A stretch of 64,000 bases of DNA from Amoebophrya sp. A120 (taxonomy: Eukaryota; Protista; Dinoflagellata): the NCBI GenBank assembly GCA_905178155.1, contig CAJINV010000002.1, forward strand, positions 9,489,087 through 9,553,086, given 5' to 3'. This document shows, piece by piece, positions 22,208 to 34,517 of this stretch. Each line of letters opens with the position of its first letter. Within the stretch, counting starts at the first letter, position 1. Made by a program: the position numbers and the translations under genes. The notes beneath the pieces were generated by a model, which had not been told where the DNA came from, made no database searches, and was given only the letters and a program-made list of their open reading frames with translations.

Positions 22208-25200
22208 CTATGAAACTAAATTATTGAGCGCAAACAAATCTTGAGCGCCGAGTTTTATCCTGGCACAGCCAAGCAAGCCAAAACTGCAACCTGATAAACG
22301 GCGCAAACGTTCGAATCTACCACGTGCAAAGTGTACAGCATAATTGCAGCTCTGCCTCTCCTTCAGCTCCAGCAAACTTCTACGGAGAACGCCTCTGCTG
22401 ACACACTTGCGGCAACGGCAACAATGTACATGGTGCCGGATGGAAACGAATTTCAAAAAAATGTGAAACGCATGCTTTTCTTGCTCGTTTTGGGAATGGA
22501 AAAAGGCAGTATTCCCCCTTTGTTCCGCTGCACGACCAGCTTCGGTCGACTCAGAAGTCAGCACTGCTTCACTTGTAGTCGTATCCACACTAGTAGCGTG
22601 CTCAGTCTCATCTTCACTGCCTTCTTTCATGCTATCGTCGTTTTGTTTCACGTGAAAAGGAAAAATCGTTTTCAACATTTCTAGCCTCTCCTCCTGCCTT
22701 GGAAAGGCGGCTTCCTGCGTCGGGCTCTGCCAGTACAGCAACGCGGTGACGTTTGAATTCTGCAAAATCGTCCTGCTGTAGGTGCGAAACCCGGCGAAAT
22801 CAATCTCCGATAAGGAATGGGTCGCGATAACGAGCGTATCTTCTTCGATAGAGAAGGTACTACTCGCAGGGCTTCTACTTTGAGCTTCATCTTCCACAAC
22901 CACGGTTGCAACCTTCTGTACTACGTCCTTGTCGCTAGAAACTTCCTCCTCTCGTCGTCCCGCCTGCCCCAAGTCCTTGTTGCTTCGCAGGTGAATCTTC
23001 ACCCAGGGGCCTGTAGCTGGCTCTTCTTGAAACTCGGTTTGATGCGTCGACCGGGACGACAGGGGAGATGATGAAGACGAGGGAGACGCTAATCCGTAAA
23101 GGTTTTCCCGTAGATACTGTTCTATGGTATCTGCGATCATATCATCGTGTTGATTTCTTTTATCCACCGCTGAATAATCTTCGAGATCGACACTACGAGT
23201 AGCATCATTTTCCTTTTCGTGAACAATTTCATTTTCTTCTTCCACGCCTCTCTGAAAGGCGAACCGATGCGCAATGTCCGTGATTCCCTTCAGAAAATTC
23301 ACCTCCTCGCTCCGCAGCGCCCAGTCCTGCTGTCTCAACACAAACTCCAGGTCAAACACCGTGTAGGAAAGCAGCGCGCACGACGTCGGCCGTGTGTTGT
23401 GATCACCCGAGCCACTTTCGCCGCTCGTCTCGGGTCCGCCTGGAAAATCTAACAGCTCCGACATGACGCAAGGCCCACGGAACCGGTGCGATGTCGCCCA
23501 CTGCGGCCTATCAAATGTAAAAGTGTCCGGGTCTGGAAGAGTGCAAACTTGTGATGCGCATTCCAGAACACAGAAAAATCTCTCATGCATAGGCAGCAAA
23601 ATTTGCCCAATTTCTGTCACCAAAGTCAGGGATTTGTCATGCATACCCGACTGCACCACATCAAAAACCTTTGCACCGTCGCCGCAAGCAGCTACGGACG
23701 CAGGAAATCTAGGGTCAGAACCGCGAAATCAGGGATTTGTCATGCGGATTCGGCATTGCGAACGCTTCTCGAAACCTGTGATGCTAGAGCTTCCATGCCA
23801 GACCTTCTGTGTCATGCAAAAACGGCATGACTCTTCCAGACCCAGACATTTTTGCATTTGATACGGCCCCAGTTGGTGCAAGAGCGCGAGCAGAAGGGTC
23901 GATCCGCTCACCGCCGTACTTCTAGCGGTCAACACGGCTAAGACGTCTCGCAGCGACGCGATTGCTGACGGGAGGGCTTTGCGTTTGCTCTCAGCAGGTG
24001 CAGTGCCTTTGTTTTCTTTTTCGTCATCATCATCTTTTTCGGCACTAGCACTTGCTGGTCCACTACGTTGTATTTCCTCCAGCTGTCCCTGTCCCTCCTG
24101 CCGCACCACTTCAAAAAACCACTGCAAAAAGTCGAGGGCCGTGAAACGAAGGAACCAGGAGAGCGTGGCTAGGTGCCCCGCGCCGATTTCGACAATGTGA
24201 CGAATATCGTTCGAAGCTAATAATGATCCACCACGCCTCCGCAGCATCGGGACGGCGAAGGTCGCTTGAAACCCCGCGAAGGCCGCTTTGTACTCCAGCG
24301 GACGGCAATTTTCTGTGTAGTGCAGCCAGGGGAGAACCGGCGGGTAAACGTCGACGGGTTCGCGTCGTACTATTTTTTCCTTGTCATTCTTCATGAGTTC
24401 CGCGTAATACCCCTGCGCCCACGTCGCCTTCCACTTCGAGGAAAGAGACGGGTAGGCTCCGATAGAAAACAGAAAAACCACCGCCTGCTGCAGTCTTGTC
24501 AAGAAAACTTCATCGTTTCTACTTGACCAGTACTTTATTTCGGTACTAGGGGATTCAGCTGCAGGAAGATCCGGACCGAACCGGAAACCTCTGGCCGCCT
24601 CGTAATAGCCCTTTTCGCACTTGGACGCCACAATTAAAGCGTTCGACATGGCCGCAAACGCGGGCGTGTAGAAGGCGTATTTGGAGTAGAAGCCCGCAGC
24701 GCTGGTCAGAGTGCTGCACTCGGGAGCTACGACAGCGATTTCCTCTCTAATTTTTTCCTCCTCCACTTTAGCAGTTGATTTTTTCCACGACCTATTCCTA
24801 TCGGAAGCTTTCGTACAACCCGGCGTCTTGGTCTCTCTTTCCCACAGTGCTGCAGTCGCCTCTTGTTCCGACCAGAAAGGCTGTGGTGGCGACGGAAGAC
24901 TTGGACTAGGTGAAGCTGCTGGCTGTGTGATCTCCTCATTTGTTCCATCAGGCAAAATCTTTTGATCCTGCTGTACCGCAGTCGCCATCCCCGCAACCTC
25001 GAAGGCGCGGTGCAACGCCTCCAACCACGGTGTGTGCGCTGCCATGGTGTCCAACAAGTCCACAACTGATGCAGTTGCCGCAACTTCTTGGGTCGTCGAT
25101 CGCGACAAGTCTCGGGAGTGTAGTTCCAAAGGTGCTGGATCATTTATCGTGGAAGCCCCGTGATCGTCCCTGAGCTTCTTCCCGAATTCCCTCAAAAACA

Positions 25201-26215
25201 CTTGAAACTCGTGAATGTCCACGGCCGCACGCATAAACTGGGGCCATATGCTTCGGATGATCTCAGAATGTAGAAGAGGGTTCTGTTCCGTTTGATTTTC
25301 GACGAAAGGTTTCCGTGCGGAAGCTCGATAACGAGAAGTAGCCTCGTCCTGTTCTTCATTATTCTTGAGAATTTCTTCGCTTGCCATCCTCGCTTCCAAA
25401 AGCCTTACTTCGGCTTCGAGAAACGCATTAAAGGTCTCCCACTGCCGCGCGTTGACCCGTTTCAGGAACCGATCCAGGCTTTGTACTACTTCACTTGAGC
25501 CAGCTTCATGTACTTTTTCGTCTCCTGTCCCATCGTCTTGCGAAGCCACTTCTTTTTCTGCTCGTGGTCGTGTAGTAGTTTCTCCTAATCCAACCATAGA
25601 ACCACCACCACCTCCGGAGGCCTTTAGTCCGCCCATTGCATCGACGCTCGTCAAGTGCCGACCTCCAACACGATCATCGTGAACATTTCGAACTTGATTC
25701 TGCCCCTCTTCGCCCCCGAACAAAAGCTCCCGTTCCCAGTCCACAGCGCGGAGCGCCAGGCTGAGTTTCGGAATCGCCTCGATCGTGATTCCCCCGTGGT
25801 TCCGCAGACGTTCCGACCGAATACACGTTTTCCACGGCGCGACGGCTTGCGGAAACCACTTTTGCAAGAGAGAAAACGACACATTCTCCTCTGCATCTTC
25901 CTGACTTGTTTCTTGCTTCTGCGTCGACTCCTGTAGGGGAAGCGTTGAAGAACGTCCGTCCTTCACCATTGCAGAACCCTTATGATCTACTTCACCGGGC
26001 GGGGCCGGGGAAGCGTGATGAGCACCTTGCGGATTATTTCGTGTGAGGACACCCAAGATCTCGCTTCCGCTGCTACCTTCCCCCGTGCTAGTACTAGCGG
26101 ATGATCCGATTTTGTCAGCAAAATGCGGTGGCAGCAACTTCGTTTCCAGCACCAACTCTGCCTGCAGCATCACAGCCACCGCGAGCGCGAAGTATGGAAA
26201 AAACTCTGGAGTCAA
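22208..26215 (-). CDS. Large protein with putative class I SAM-dependent (sugar O-)methyltransferase motifs; one introner
   Basis: ORFs 23729-26215 and 22208-23659 join in frame after introner removal (QLGPQWATSH); motifs IVEIGAG, YTVFDL, LVIATHSLSEI. Both ends uncertain. Confidence 0.6.
23509..23863. mobile_element. Introner, TIR type A, 355 bp
   Basis: TIR tatcaaatgtaaaagtgtccgggtctggaag; TSD cggcc. Confidence 0.92.
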
Positions 26216-27538
26216 ACCAGCATGACATCTACGTACTGTGTCTCATACATCGCAGCAGAATGAGCTGAGGCGATGCGGGCCAGGAGAAAAAGTGTGCAAA
26301 AATAAGTGGAAAACTGCTTCTGGTTTCGCAAACGAGAGGACAGCTCACCTCCAATAGGCATGACGAACTCAACGTACTGTTTTGAATTGGGCTTGGCTCA
26401 AAATTTCAATAGCGCAAAAAGCACGGATGCCGATCCGCTTGGACAAGCTGGGTGGTCCTACTGCCATTGATGTCGGATGGCGAAGAGGACAATGCAGGCG
26501 ACATGACGCAATTTTGCTGTTCAGCTAAGCTTTCGCTTCGGCTTTTTTTTAGCCGCTCGATCTACATGCATTTATTTTCGCACAGATTCTCTCTGCCCTC
26601 AATTCTTTTCCAAAAAAAATTTATGAGTATGACTCTCCTAGTCCACAACAACGGAAAAGCTGAAGAGCGGAAAACGAAAATCCAATGGCCCTGGAAAACC
26701 TATGGCACTTAGGGATCTTCAGAACTGCAGATCTGTACTTTTTTGCTGTCGGCACAGTTAGAGTATCAGTATGAGACAGCTCGTTAGAAGATCTGTGAAC
26801 TTTGCAACCTAGATGAGCGGGCACCTCATCACCGACTGATCAAACCAACGATGACAACTCGCGGCTCAGGCCCCACGCCAAGCCAATTAGCAAAGAGCGA
26901 CACACCACGCATTTCAAGATGCACACGCCGACCACCGGCTTTGTGCGTACCAGGAAAGACGGGGACTATTCCAGTTCGTTGCTTTTCGGCAGTCTCGATA
27001 TCATCATTTTCGATACTACACTTTGAAATTTTATATTCTAATTCCATCAAAATGAAATTTCATGAATTGCGGTTGCGCTTTGCTTTCATGCAGTTACCAT
27101 TGCGGTAGTACTTCTACTCTAGCAGCGGCGTTTAATGGAACCGAGGCAGAACGCAAGGTATACAGCGATTGCAAAACATAGACAGAAAATCTATATCAAC
27201 ACCAGGCAAATACATTCTATAATACTTTTGCAAGGATATATGTATCTTGAGTAGTCGACTACTAACTTTTCCCCGAAACGAGCGAAACAACTGCAATTGA
27301 GTAATTAATTCTGAATACCTCTGACAGCCACGCTTCCAAGGCTCCAAAATGATCGGACTTCTTGGCGATGCGATTGCGAAGAGCATTCAGATAAAATTGT
27401 GCGCCTAGGTGCACAACAACCACTAAGCATTTCGCAATCAATTTTTTTCGAGAGTGCCAATGCAGCATTGTACGAAGCATCAGTTCAATTTCATACATTG
27501 CTATTGTGTTCACACAGACCTTGATGCACACGACCCCC

Positions 27539-30500
27539 TCAGTAAAAGCCTCCAGCGGACTGCACAGGGTCATTCGCCAGCACTCCATCTGCCCAGTAGT
27601 CACCGGATGTTGCCCAAAAGTCTTCCATCGGGAACGCGCCCCAGGGAACGAAGGGCAGTACGGGCTGCAAGTCGTATCGCATACCAGACTGCACGGTCCC
27701 AGCCGCCTCCGGGCGAATCATGCATCCCTTTCTGCTCTTCCCCACCGTCGGTCTGTTTGCACCTCCTTTGCTTCGGTCGTGAGAGCTAGATGTTGCACCA
27801 CTTCTTGTGCTGCTATTCTGCGGTCGCGATGAAGACGCTTTGAACGGCGCTGCTGCTGCGCCAACCTTTGTTTCTCCTTTCTCCCCAGAGAACTTGTTTT
27901 TCCGCGCCCTTTTGGATTTCGGTGACAAGTTTGCAGTTTGCGCGACTCCTTCCGCGACGTCTTGTAGCAACGCTTTCTTTTCCACGAAAGATTTGCGAGA
28001 ATTTTCATCGTCTTCAGTTCCCGCGTGTTCGCCGCTCGAGTCGTCTGTTTTTGCGCTTCCGGCAGGCACAAATTCGGGCGCGGCGGCGGACATTTCTTTC
28101 TTCTTGACCTCCTTCTCGTCCTCGTACTGAGTATGATTCACGGACTCTTCCGACTTACCCGCATCGTACACGAACTGGTCCACCACAAACTCGGGCGCGT
28201 CGGCGCGCAGCTTGGACGAAAGGCTCTTATCCGAGGCGTCAAACACTTCGACCCGCCCGACTGGCAGAGGCGCTGCTGATTCATGATCCCCGAAGGTGGT
28301 ACCAAAGTCCTTTCCGTCAGTTTTCTCATTCGCGTTTTTCTTCAGGAGACTGCCTTTCTTCAACGCCGGCGGCGCAGCAGCACTCTTTTTCGATGATACT
28401 CCCGTTGCTGCATCGTCGGCCTTTATTTCCAGACGTGCACGAATGACACCGGCAGAAGTGCCTGAACAAGTAAAGGGATCGTGGTGATTCGTTCTCCCCA
28501 GCTCCAGAAGCGGGTCTTCCTCTACGTACGACCAATCTTCATCGGCCACAGCTTGGCCGCCCCACTCGTCCCCGTCGAAGGCCTGCACTTCCTCGTAGCT
28601 GCAGCTTCCATGAAGGTGGTCCGGCGCACCGCAATCTTTGCCTTCCGGCAAAAACCCGCTTCGCTTGTCGTCCGAGGCCACCATGCAAAGCGGCAGTCCG
28701 AGCTGGTACCGCATGCTCAGGTAGTTGCGAATCAACCCCGCGAGCCCGCGCGTGCTGTGTGCCTGAGACATCCCGTGCACTACCTTCTCATACTGCACGA
28801 ACGACGGCGGCAGAAAGACCGGCGGCCCCATGAACCCGCCCTGGGAACAGAACTGGGCCCCCGGCCGCGGCTTGTTGTACTTTTTATCGTTTATTTCTCC
28901 TGCTCCTTTCGTCCTCTTCTCGGCTACTGCTGGGTCCGGCCTTACGTCGCCCCCTTCAAAACTCCTCCCCTCGTCCACCCGCTGACTCGAATAATCGCCT
29001 CGGAAGTTATGTTCTTGAAAAGCCTCCGCCTGCGCTGAGAGACTGCACTGGTGCGCAAAAAAAGGATTGAGCGCGCACATGTCCAGCGCGGGCGTCACCA
29101 CGGTCTCTGCCGGCAACTTGATTAGGCGGCCGCCGCTCTGGTTGTCGAACCGGGGGGAGTTTTTCACGAACATCTCGTGCAGAGTGAGCATCCACGGCTC
29201 CGAAAAGACGTAGACCGGCACCCGCAGCTCGGCCACGAACCTCTTCGCCTTCTTGTAGCTCCAACCCGGTCCACCTCCACCTCCGCTCGCGCCCCTCTCT
29301 TGCTGCAGCCAGTGCTCAATCTGCTGCTGCACTGCCTGGAACACCGAGAGCCGGCGGTTGCCGGAAAAAACCACGAACTTCTGCGCACTTCGCGCTGGCG
29401 GAATGGTCGTCCCCTTGAAGATGCCTCTCTGCTGTTGCTCGTCTGCCTTGTAGAAGCTCGGATTCACCCACGGAACGCGGATGCGCGGGTTGCGCTCCGC
29501 GTCGGCATTGTGCGCGTACCACTTCTTCTCCAGGTCCCCGTCGTACAGGGGGGCTGCGTGGATCGGCGGAATGCTGACCCGATGGCCCCACTTGCTGATC
29601 GTCTTCTCGGAGTCCGGCGTGCGACCTTCCCCATCCTCCGGCTCACTGTCGAAGAAGATGGGCAGGAAATGCTTCCACCTCGTCACCAGCGACGGACTTT
29701 TACTAGGGTGCACAGCGGTGCGGCCGCCGGCCGGCGCGTGCTGCTCCGTCATGGTGTCGAGCCGGTTCTCCATGAAATTCTGCGCGAACTTCTCAAACAC
29801 CTCCTGCGCGGTCTGGAACACGTCAAAGTGCTGCTTCACGTTGTGACACGGACGACCTTCTTCATCTTGTTCTTCGCTAGCACGCGAGGAACCAGGTTTC
29901 ACACCTTTGCCGTCGGTTTTTTTGCGATGTTCATCCTTGCAAGAAGTTGTACTGCTGCTGGTGCTGCTGCTGCTTCGGAACACCGTTCGGGCGTGCTCCT
30001 GGGAGAACAGCAGATCGTCGATCTTCACGTACGAGACAGGGATAAGCCAGGCGTCTTGGGGATGATCGCCGCCTCCACCCGTCGGACCGGTAACTGCAGA
30101 AGATGAACTACAACCAGTCGTTGTACCAGTGTTAGTACAACTCCTGCTCTTGTGCCGCTTGTAGGTTTGGTGCAGATGGAAGTTGTCGTAGCGGTCCTTC
30201 TCGTTTTCCCTCTTCCCGTGGCGGTGGTACAGCAGCAACGGCTCCAGTTCCGCCGTGGGCTCGACGTCCGCATCCGGTAAGTGGCGCACTACCACGAGAT
30301 TTTTGTTCGGCGGTGGCGAGCGAATCTTGTTCATCTTCGCCTGCTCTTGTTGAGAACCTGCTGCTCCCGGTATTATTCTTCCGCCCCGGTCGTCGGCGGT
30401 TGCGGACGCTGTTCCGGAGCACTCGGAGGAGATCTCCGCGGCGGACCGGGCCCCAGTGCTCGTCTTCGTCGACGACGAGACGCTCGCGGTCCGCTGCAGG

Positions 30501-31504
30501 GCCAGAAAGTCACCAAAATCTTCTTCGGCGTCTGCAGATGCTGACGGCGATTCGTCGATGACGTCATCAAAGCTGGCGCGCGAATCTTCCTCTGATTTGC
30601 TGTTAGCCCCACCCTGTGGTCTCGGCAAATCCTCGTTGCTCGAAGCTGTGGTTGCAGCCGCGTCCGCGTCTTGAGACTGGCGCTCCACGTGCTGGCGTTG
30701 CCCTGCACTCGCCGAGACCGTGCTCTGCCCGCCCGGGATCGCGGATGACAGCTCTTGGCAGTTTGATATCTTCTCCGCCCCCGGGTCGTCCCGGTCGCAG
30801 TGGGCCGGTGCTAGCAGTTTGGGCACCCAGCGCCCACTTCTCGAAGGCAGCACCAGCGGAGGACGACTGGCCGTGTAGTGGCGGTCATTTTTAGTTTTAC
30901 TTGCTTCCTCGGTAAATAACCCCGTCCCACCTGCCTCTTCCGATTCTTCCGCACTGTGCCGTTGCAGACTTCGGGCGAACGGAACGGGCGGGGGAATGTC
31001 AGTATTGAGCCCGCCTTCTCCCACATCCGTGTAAGCGGGGAGCGGCGCCGGCTCTGTCTCATCGCGCTGATCCTGCGACGCACTCCCCGTCACTCGGTCC
31101 TCCTGTTCTTGCGCCGGACTACTGCGGACTTTCCACCTGGGCAGCTGCTTCGTGTATCTGCTACTTCTCGTCCCAGGAAGCAAGGCCGCGGGGCTGGACG
31201 TAGTTCCCGCGGAAGTGGAAACGTGCGCGGTCACTTTGCTCGCATCCTGGTGGTTCAGGTTCTCGCGGGGAACATCTCCCCCCTCGGTTGATGCCTTTTT
31301 CTTCCACCGCATTGCAGCAGATTTCGAGTCCGCGTCCACCCCGCCCTCCGCCTGCCAGGGCGCGACGCGGGCAGAAGTACTCCCAGACGCACTCGCAGCA
31401 TTCCACGAAGACGGCTTCGGTCTCCACGCAGCGTACGCACGATCCGGGACAAAGACAAAAAAAACTGCAGCGCCGGCGCGCAAAAAAAATTTTTGAATCG
31501 CCAT
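27539..31504 (-). CDS. Hypothetical ~1,320-aa protein: signal-peptide-like N-terminus, ParB/Srx-like motifs, two PAM2-like motifs
   Basis: Uninterrupted ORF; MAIQKFFLRAGAAVFFVFVPDRAYA; DDLLFSQ...FSGNRRL; KLRADAPEFV and MSAAAPEFVP. Confidence 0.7.
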   Translation of the reverse strand: MAIQKFFLRAGAAVFFVFVPDRAYAAWRPKPSSWNAASASGSTSARVAPWQAEGGVDADSKSAAMRWKKKASTEGGDVPRENLNHQDASKVTAHVSTSAGTTSSPAALLPGTRSSRYTKQLPRWKVRSSPAQEQEDRVTGSASQDQRDETEPAPLPAYTDVGEGGLNTDIPPPVPFARSLQRHSAEESEEAGGTGLFTEEASKTKNDRHYTASRPPLVLPSRSGRWVPKLLAPAHCDRDDPGAEKISNCQELSSAIPGGQSTVSASAGQRQHVERQSQDADAAATTASSNEDLPRPQGGANSKSEEDSRASFDDVIDESPSASADAEEDFGDFLALQRTASVSSSTKTSTGARSAAEISSECSGTASATADDRGGRIIPGAAGSQQEQAKMNKIRSPPPNKNLVVVRHLPDADVEPTAELEPLLLYHRHGKRENEKDRYDNFHLHQTYKRHKSRSCTNTGTTTGCSSSSAVTGPTGGGGDHPQDAWLIPVSYVKIDDLLFSQEHARTVFRSSSSTSSSTTSCKDEHRKKTDGKGVKPGSSRASEEQDEEGRPCHNVKQHFDVFQTAQEVFEKFAQNFMENRLDTMTEQHAPAGGRTAVHPSKSPSLVTRWKHFLPIFFDSEPEDGEGRTPDSEKTISKWGHRVSIPPIHAAPLYDGDLEKKWYAHNADAERNPRIRVPWVNPSFYKADEQQQRGIFKGTTIPPARSAQKFVVFSGNRRLSVFQAVQQQIEHWLQQERGASGGGGGPGWSYKKAKRFVAELRVPVYVFSEPWMLTLHEMFVKNSPRFDNQSGGRLIKLPAETVVTPALDMCALNPFFAHQCSLSAQAEAFQEHNFRGDYSSQRVDEGRSFEGGDVRPDPAVAEKRTKGAGEINDKKYNKPRPGAQFCSQGGFMGPPVFLPPSFVQYEKVVHGMSQAHSTRGLAGLIRNYLSMRYQLGLPLCMVASDDKRSGFLPEGKDCGAPDHLHGSCSYEEVQAFDGDEWGGQAVADEDWSYVEEDPLLELGRTNHHDPFTCSGTSAGVIRARLEIKADDAATGVSSKKSAAAPPALKKGSLLKKNANEKTDGKDFGTTFGDHESAAPLPVGRVEVFDASDKSLSSKLRADAPEFVVDQFVYDAGKSEESVNHTQYEDEKEVKKKEMSAAAPEFVPAGSAKTDDSSGEHAGTEDDENSRKSFVEKKALLQDVAEGVAQTANLSPKSKRARKNKFSGEKGETKVGAAAAPFKASSSRPQNSSTRSGATSSSHDRSKGGANRPTVGKSRKGCMIRPEAAGTVQSGMRYDLQPVLPFVPWGAFPMEDFWATSGDYWADGVLANDPVQSAGGFY

Positions 31505-32976
31505 GTTATTGTGAGATAGATGAGGCGCACTGATGTGTGATTCCATGCACAAGGCCTTTTTCTTTTTCAATACAATTGCTGGGAATCACAAAAAAACAAC
31601 ATGTCTGCTCGCTTCTAGGCCGGGGCACTGGCAAATCATTAAAAAAACAAGGCGAGGACAAGCTTCCTACATAGTTTGGATCATAAAACGCACAAAAACA
31701 AAAATGCATAAAGAAAGCAAAAGGATTTACAAAGGAGCTGCAAAGTGTGCCCATTAAAGAAGAAGCATGATGATAGACCTGGTAAATTCAGAATTACAAA
31801 TCGGATACGGTGCCGCCTGAGTGAGAAAAAGGAGCAGAAAGGAACGCGATGCGCATGAACTCGGACACGGACTCTGACACTGGAATTAGAAACTAAAAGA
31901 TCATTTATCGCGACAGTCGCACACATGTAAACGCACAGCTGCGAGACCAAGTCAAAACCAGATCACAGACGGTTTGCGATTCCTTGTTCGGATGTTTTCG
32001 TCTCCGGGAAGTTTTTCCAATAGATACTGTAACGAATAAATGCTAAAACGCTCGCATCGGCGATAGGTGACCACGGGGCGACAGCAATAGGTTATCGCAG
32101 ACAGCTGATTAAATTCATCTTCATATCAACTGACTTTTCACTCTGACGACAAGTGTCTGCTGCATTGAGATCCACATTCAAATAACATTGCCAGCATCGA
32201 GCTTCGACATTCGCGGATCAAAAGCAGGTTGCCCCGAAGCACAACCGAATAACAACAGTCCAGCTGCACTACTTCCGCGCAACGCCAGCCGCAAAAGCTT
32301 GTGGCGCTTCATCTCGGCGCACGAAATTGGTTCTGGGGGTCTAACTTGTAGCAAACATATGCGAAGTCAAATCGGGGTAGGAAAAAGCGGTTCCCACATC
32401 GATGAAACAAACCCGAATGTAGCGCTAGTTAGTATGGTTGATTCTTCTTTTTTAGAAACATTTAGATTTACTGGAGCGGTAAAAACAAATCAAGGGGTCG
32501 CTAACGTCTAAAGGTAAAACCGACGCCAAACGGTTCTCGTTCGGCTTCTTTGGCAACAGTTTGCTCCATTACAACGTTCTTAAAGCATGTCGCAAGACGA
32601 TTTCAAGTCCTGTAAAATTAGATTAAACAGGAACTGTCAGAAAAGTTGGAAAACCTTGGTTGTGACTCTGCTGCTTGGCTCTTGCTCGTCTGCACGTAGA
32701 AAAAATATGCATCTGAATACTTATGGCCCCGAAACTGAGAAACTCAAAAACGGCCCAGAAAGCGAGCGAATCGCGGCGAACGAAACTTTTGAATCTTTGA
32801 GCTTAACTCTGCTTCAAAGCTATTTTGATAAAAATCTCAAGCCAACGAAAAAACTCATGATGATACAAGAATCAAACACAAAGAGATTGATATGTAGCTT
32901 CACAATGAACGATACAAGAATGTTTGCGACTCCGTCCACTAGAAATAGAGACTTGTTGGGTCTTGCCGTGCGAAAT

Positions 32977-33636
32977 TCAGCTACCACCGGAAAAATGCAC
33001 CGAGGCAGCCATTTTTTTGGCCGCGGCGATGACTTCCGAAACAAACCGCTGCACCAAAAAAGCGGCCGTCTGAGAACGAGCCGCATCGGCCGCGCTCTGT
33101 TGGGGTTGTTCATTGCTCTTTTTGCGGGTCCGGCTCTTCTTTGCGGCTCCCTCGCCCTCCTTGACCACCAACTTCCCCGTGTTCGCCTTGTCCTGGAACC
33201 GCAGCATGTTCGCAACCCGCAGAAACGACGTCTCGTCCGCCCCGAACTCTTCTAGGAACTCAGATGAGTCGCGACCTTCATCACGAGCACGTTGCTCAGC
33301 AGCCTCCGCCAGGCTTCTAGAGACGGCCGCGTGGCTGCGAGGACTTTGCGCGGCGGCAAAACGGTAGTAGCCGTGATCAGCCGGCAAACGGTAGTGCTGT
33401 CCGGCGGGGACTCCAGGCTTCCCAGAAACCGGGTCGGCATCAGCGGAGAGACCCCGCTCGTGGTTCGACAAATGCGCAGGCGCCACCGCCCCGACAAATT
33501 GCGGCAACGCTGCAGTTGCCGCAGCTGCTTGAAAAGTCGCAGTGGTGGTCTTCGATCTCTGCCCCCCCCCCCGGTTTCCGGCCCGTAGGGCAACACGAGG
33601 CGCGGCCTTTCCCTGCACTGAAAAGCGCTTCACCAT
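32977..33636 (-). CDS. Hypothetical protein (may be an exon of a longer gene)
   Basis: 219-aa GC-rich ORF with coding-like composition, same strand as neighbours; no motif recognised. Confidence 0.45.
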   Translation of the reverse strand: MVKRFSVQGKAAPRVALRAGNRGGGQRSKTTTATFQAAAATAALPQFVGAVAPAHLSNHERGLSADADPVSGKPGVPAGQHYRLPADHGYYRFAAAQSPRSHAAVSRSLAEAAEQRARDEGRDSSEFLEEFGADETSFLRVANMLRFQDKANTGKLVVKEGEGAAKKSRTRKKSNEQPQQSAADAARSQTAAFLVQRFVSEVIAAAKKMAASVHFSGGS

Positions 33637-34517
33637 CTTGGAGAGTTATTATGATTAAGTACTCTTGCCAGAGCGCTAGTGGGGACGTTTCTCGTTTGGG
33701 CAGTCACAACCCGGTGCTGCGTGAGACACTGTTGAAATCGCCTGTCGCAAAAGTAAAGATCAAAAAAGCAACACTACGATGCAAACACGCCGATCGAATA
33801 CTCTTTGAAAATCCTAGATTGATGCAAAAGCGTTTGCGAGACTTCAGGCCAGTGAACGATGTGTGCGACGCAACACCGCATGGCTCCACGACGTTTCATT
33901 TTTGAACGAAGACACGAAAGCGCACGACACAAGAGAAACTGCTGCACGTTGCAGACGAAAAAGAAACTGCTGGACGTTGCAGACGAAAGACGCAGCACCA
34001 CTGCAAGCTATGCCACGATGACGAACAGCTACGCCGAGCGCTTCATCATTTCTATGTACCCTTTGCAGAGTTTTCCTTTCTCTTTCTTTCCGGGCATGAC
34101 AGAAAAAAATACTTAGCCAACTAATGTACAGTGAAACGTGAGTACCATGCTCTGCAGTGATGATCCTATGACTCAACTGATATTTTTCTACCAATGTGCA
34201 ACTCATTTGTCTAGCGCAAGAACGTTTCGATGCAGTAGTATACATTTTGAATAGTATCATACATTTTCCCATGAACAAAACTTGGAGAAAAAACAAAAAA
34301 ATGCGTTGACCGGAAACCATGGCTATGCTTCGTAACTAAGTAACATTTCATTCCAAAACGAAAGCAACAAGAGCTATTTGATGCTGATGCGTAAAAATGT
34401 AAGGTTTGAAAGGATCGGACCGAATGCTGACATCAACATGACGATGACGAACGGAAGAGTATACTATCATTTCCATCACAACCTCAGCTAGTGCAACATC
34501 CAAATTGTGCGCTTCGC

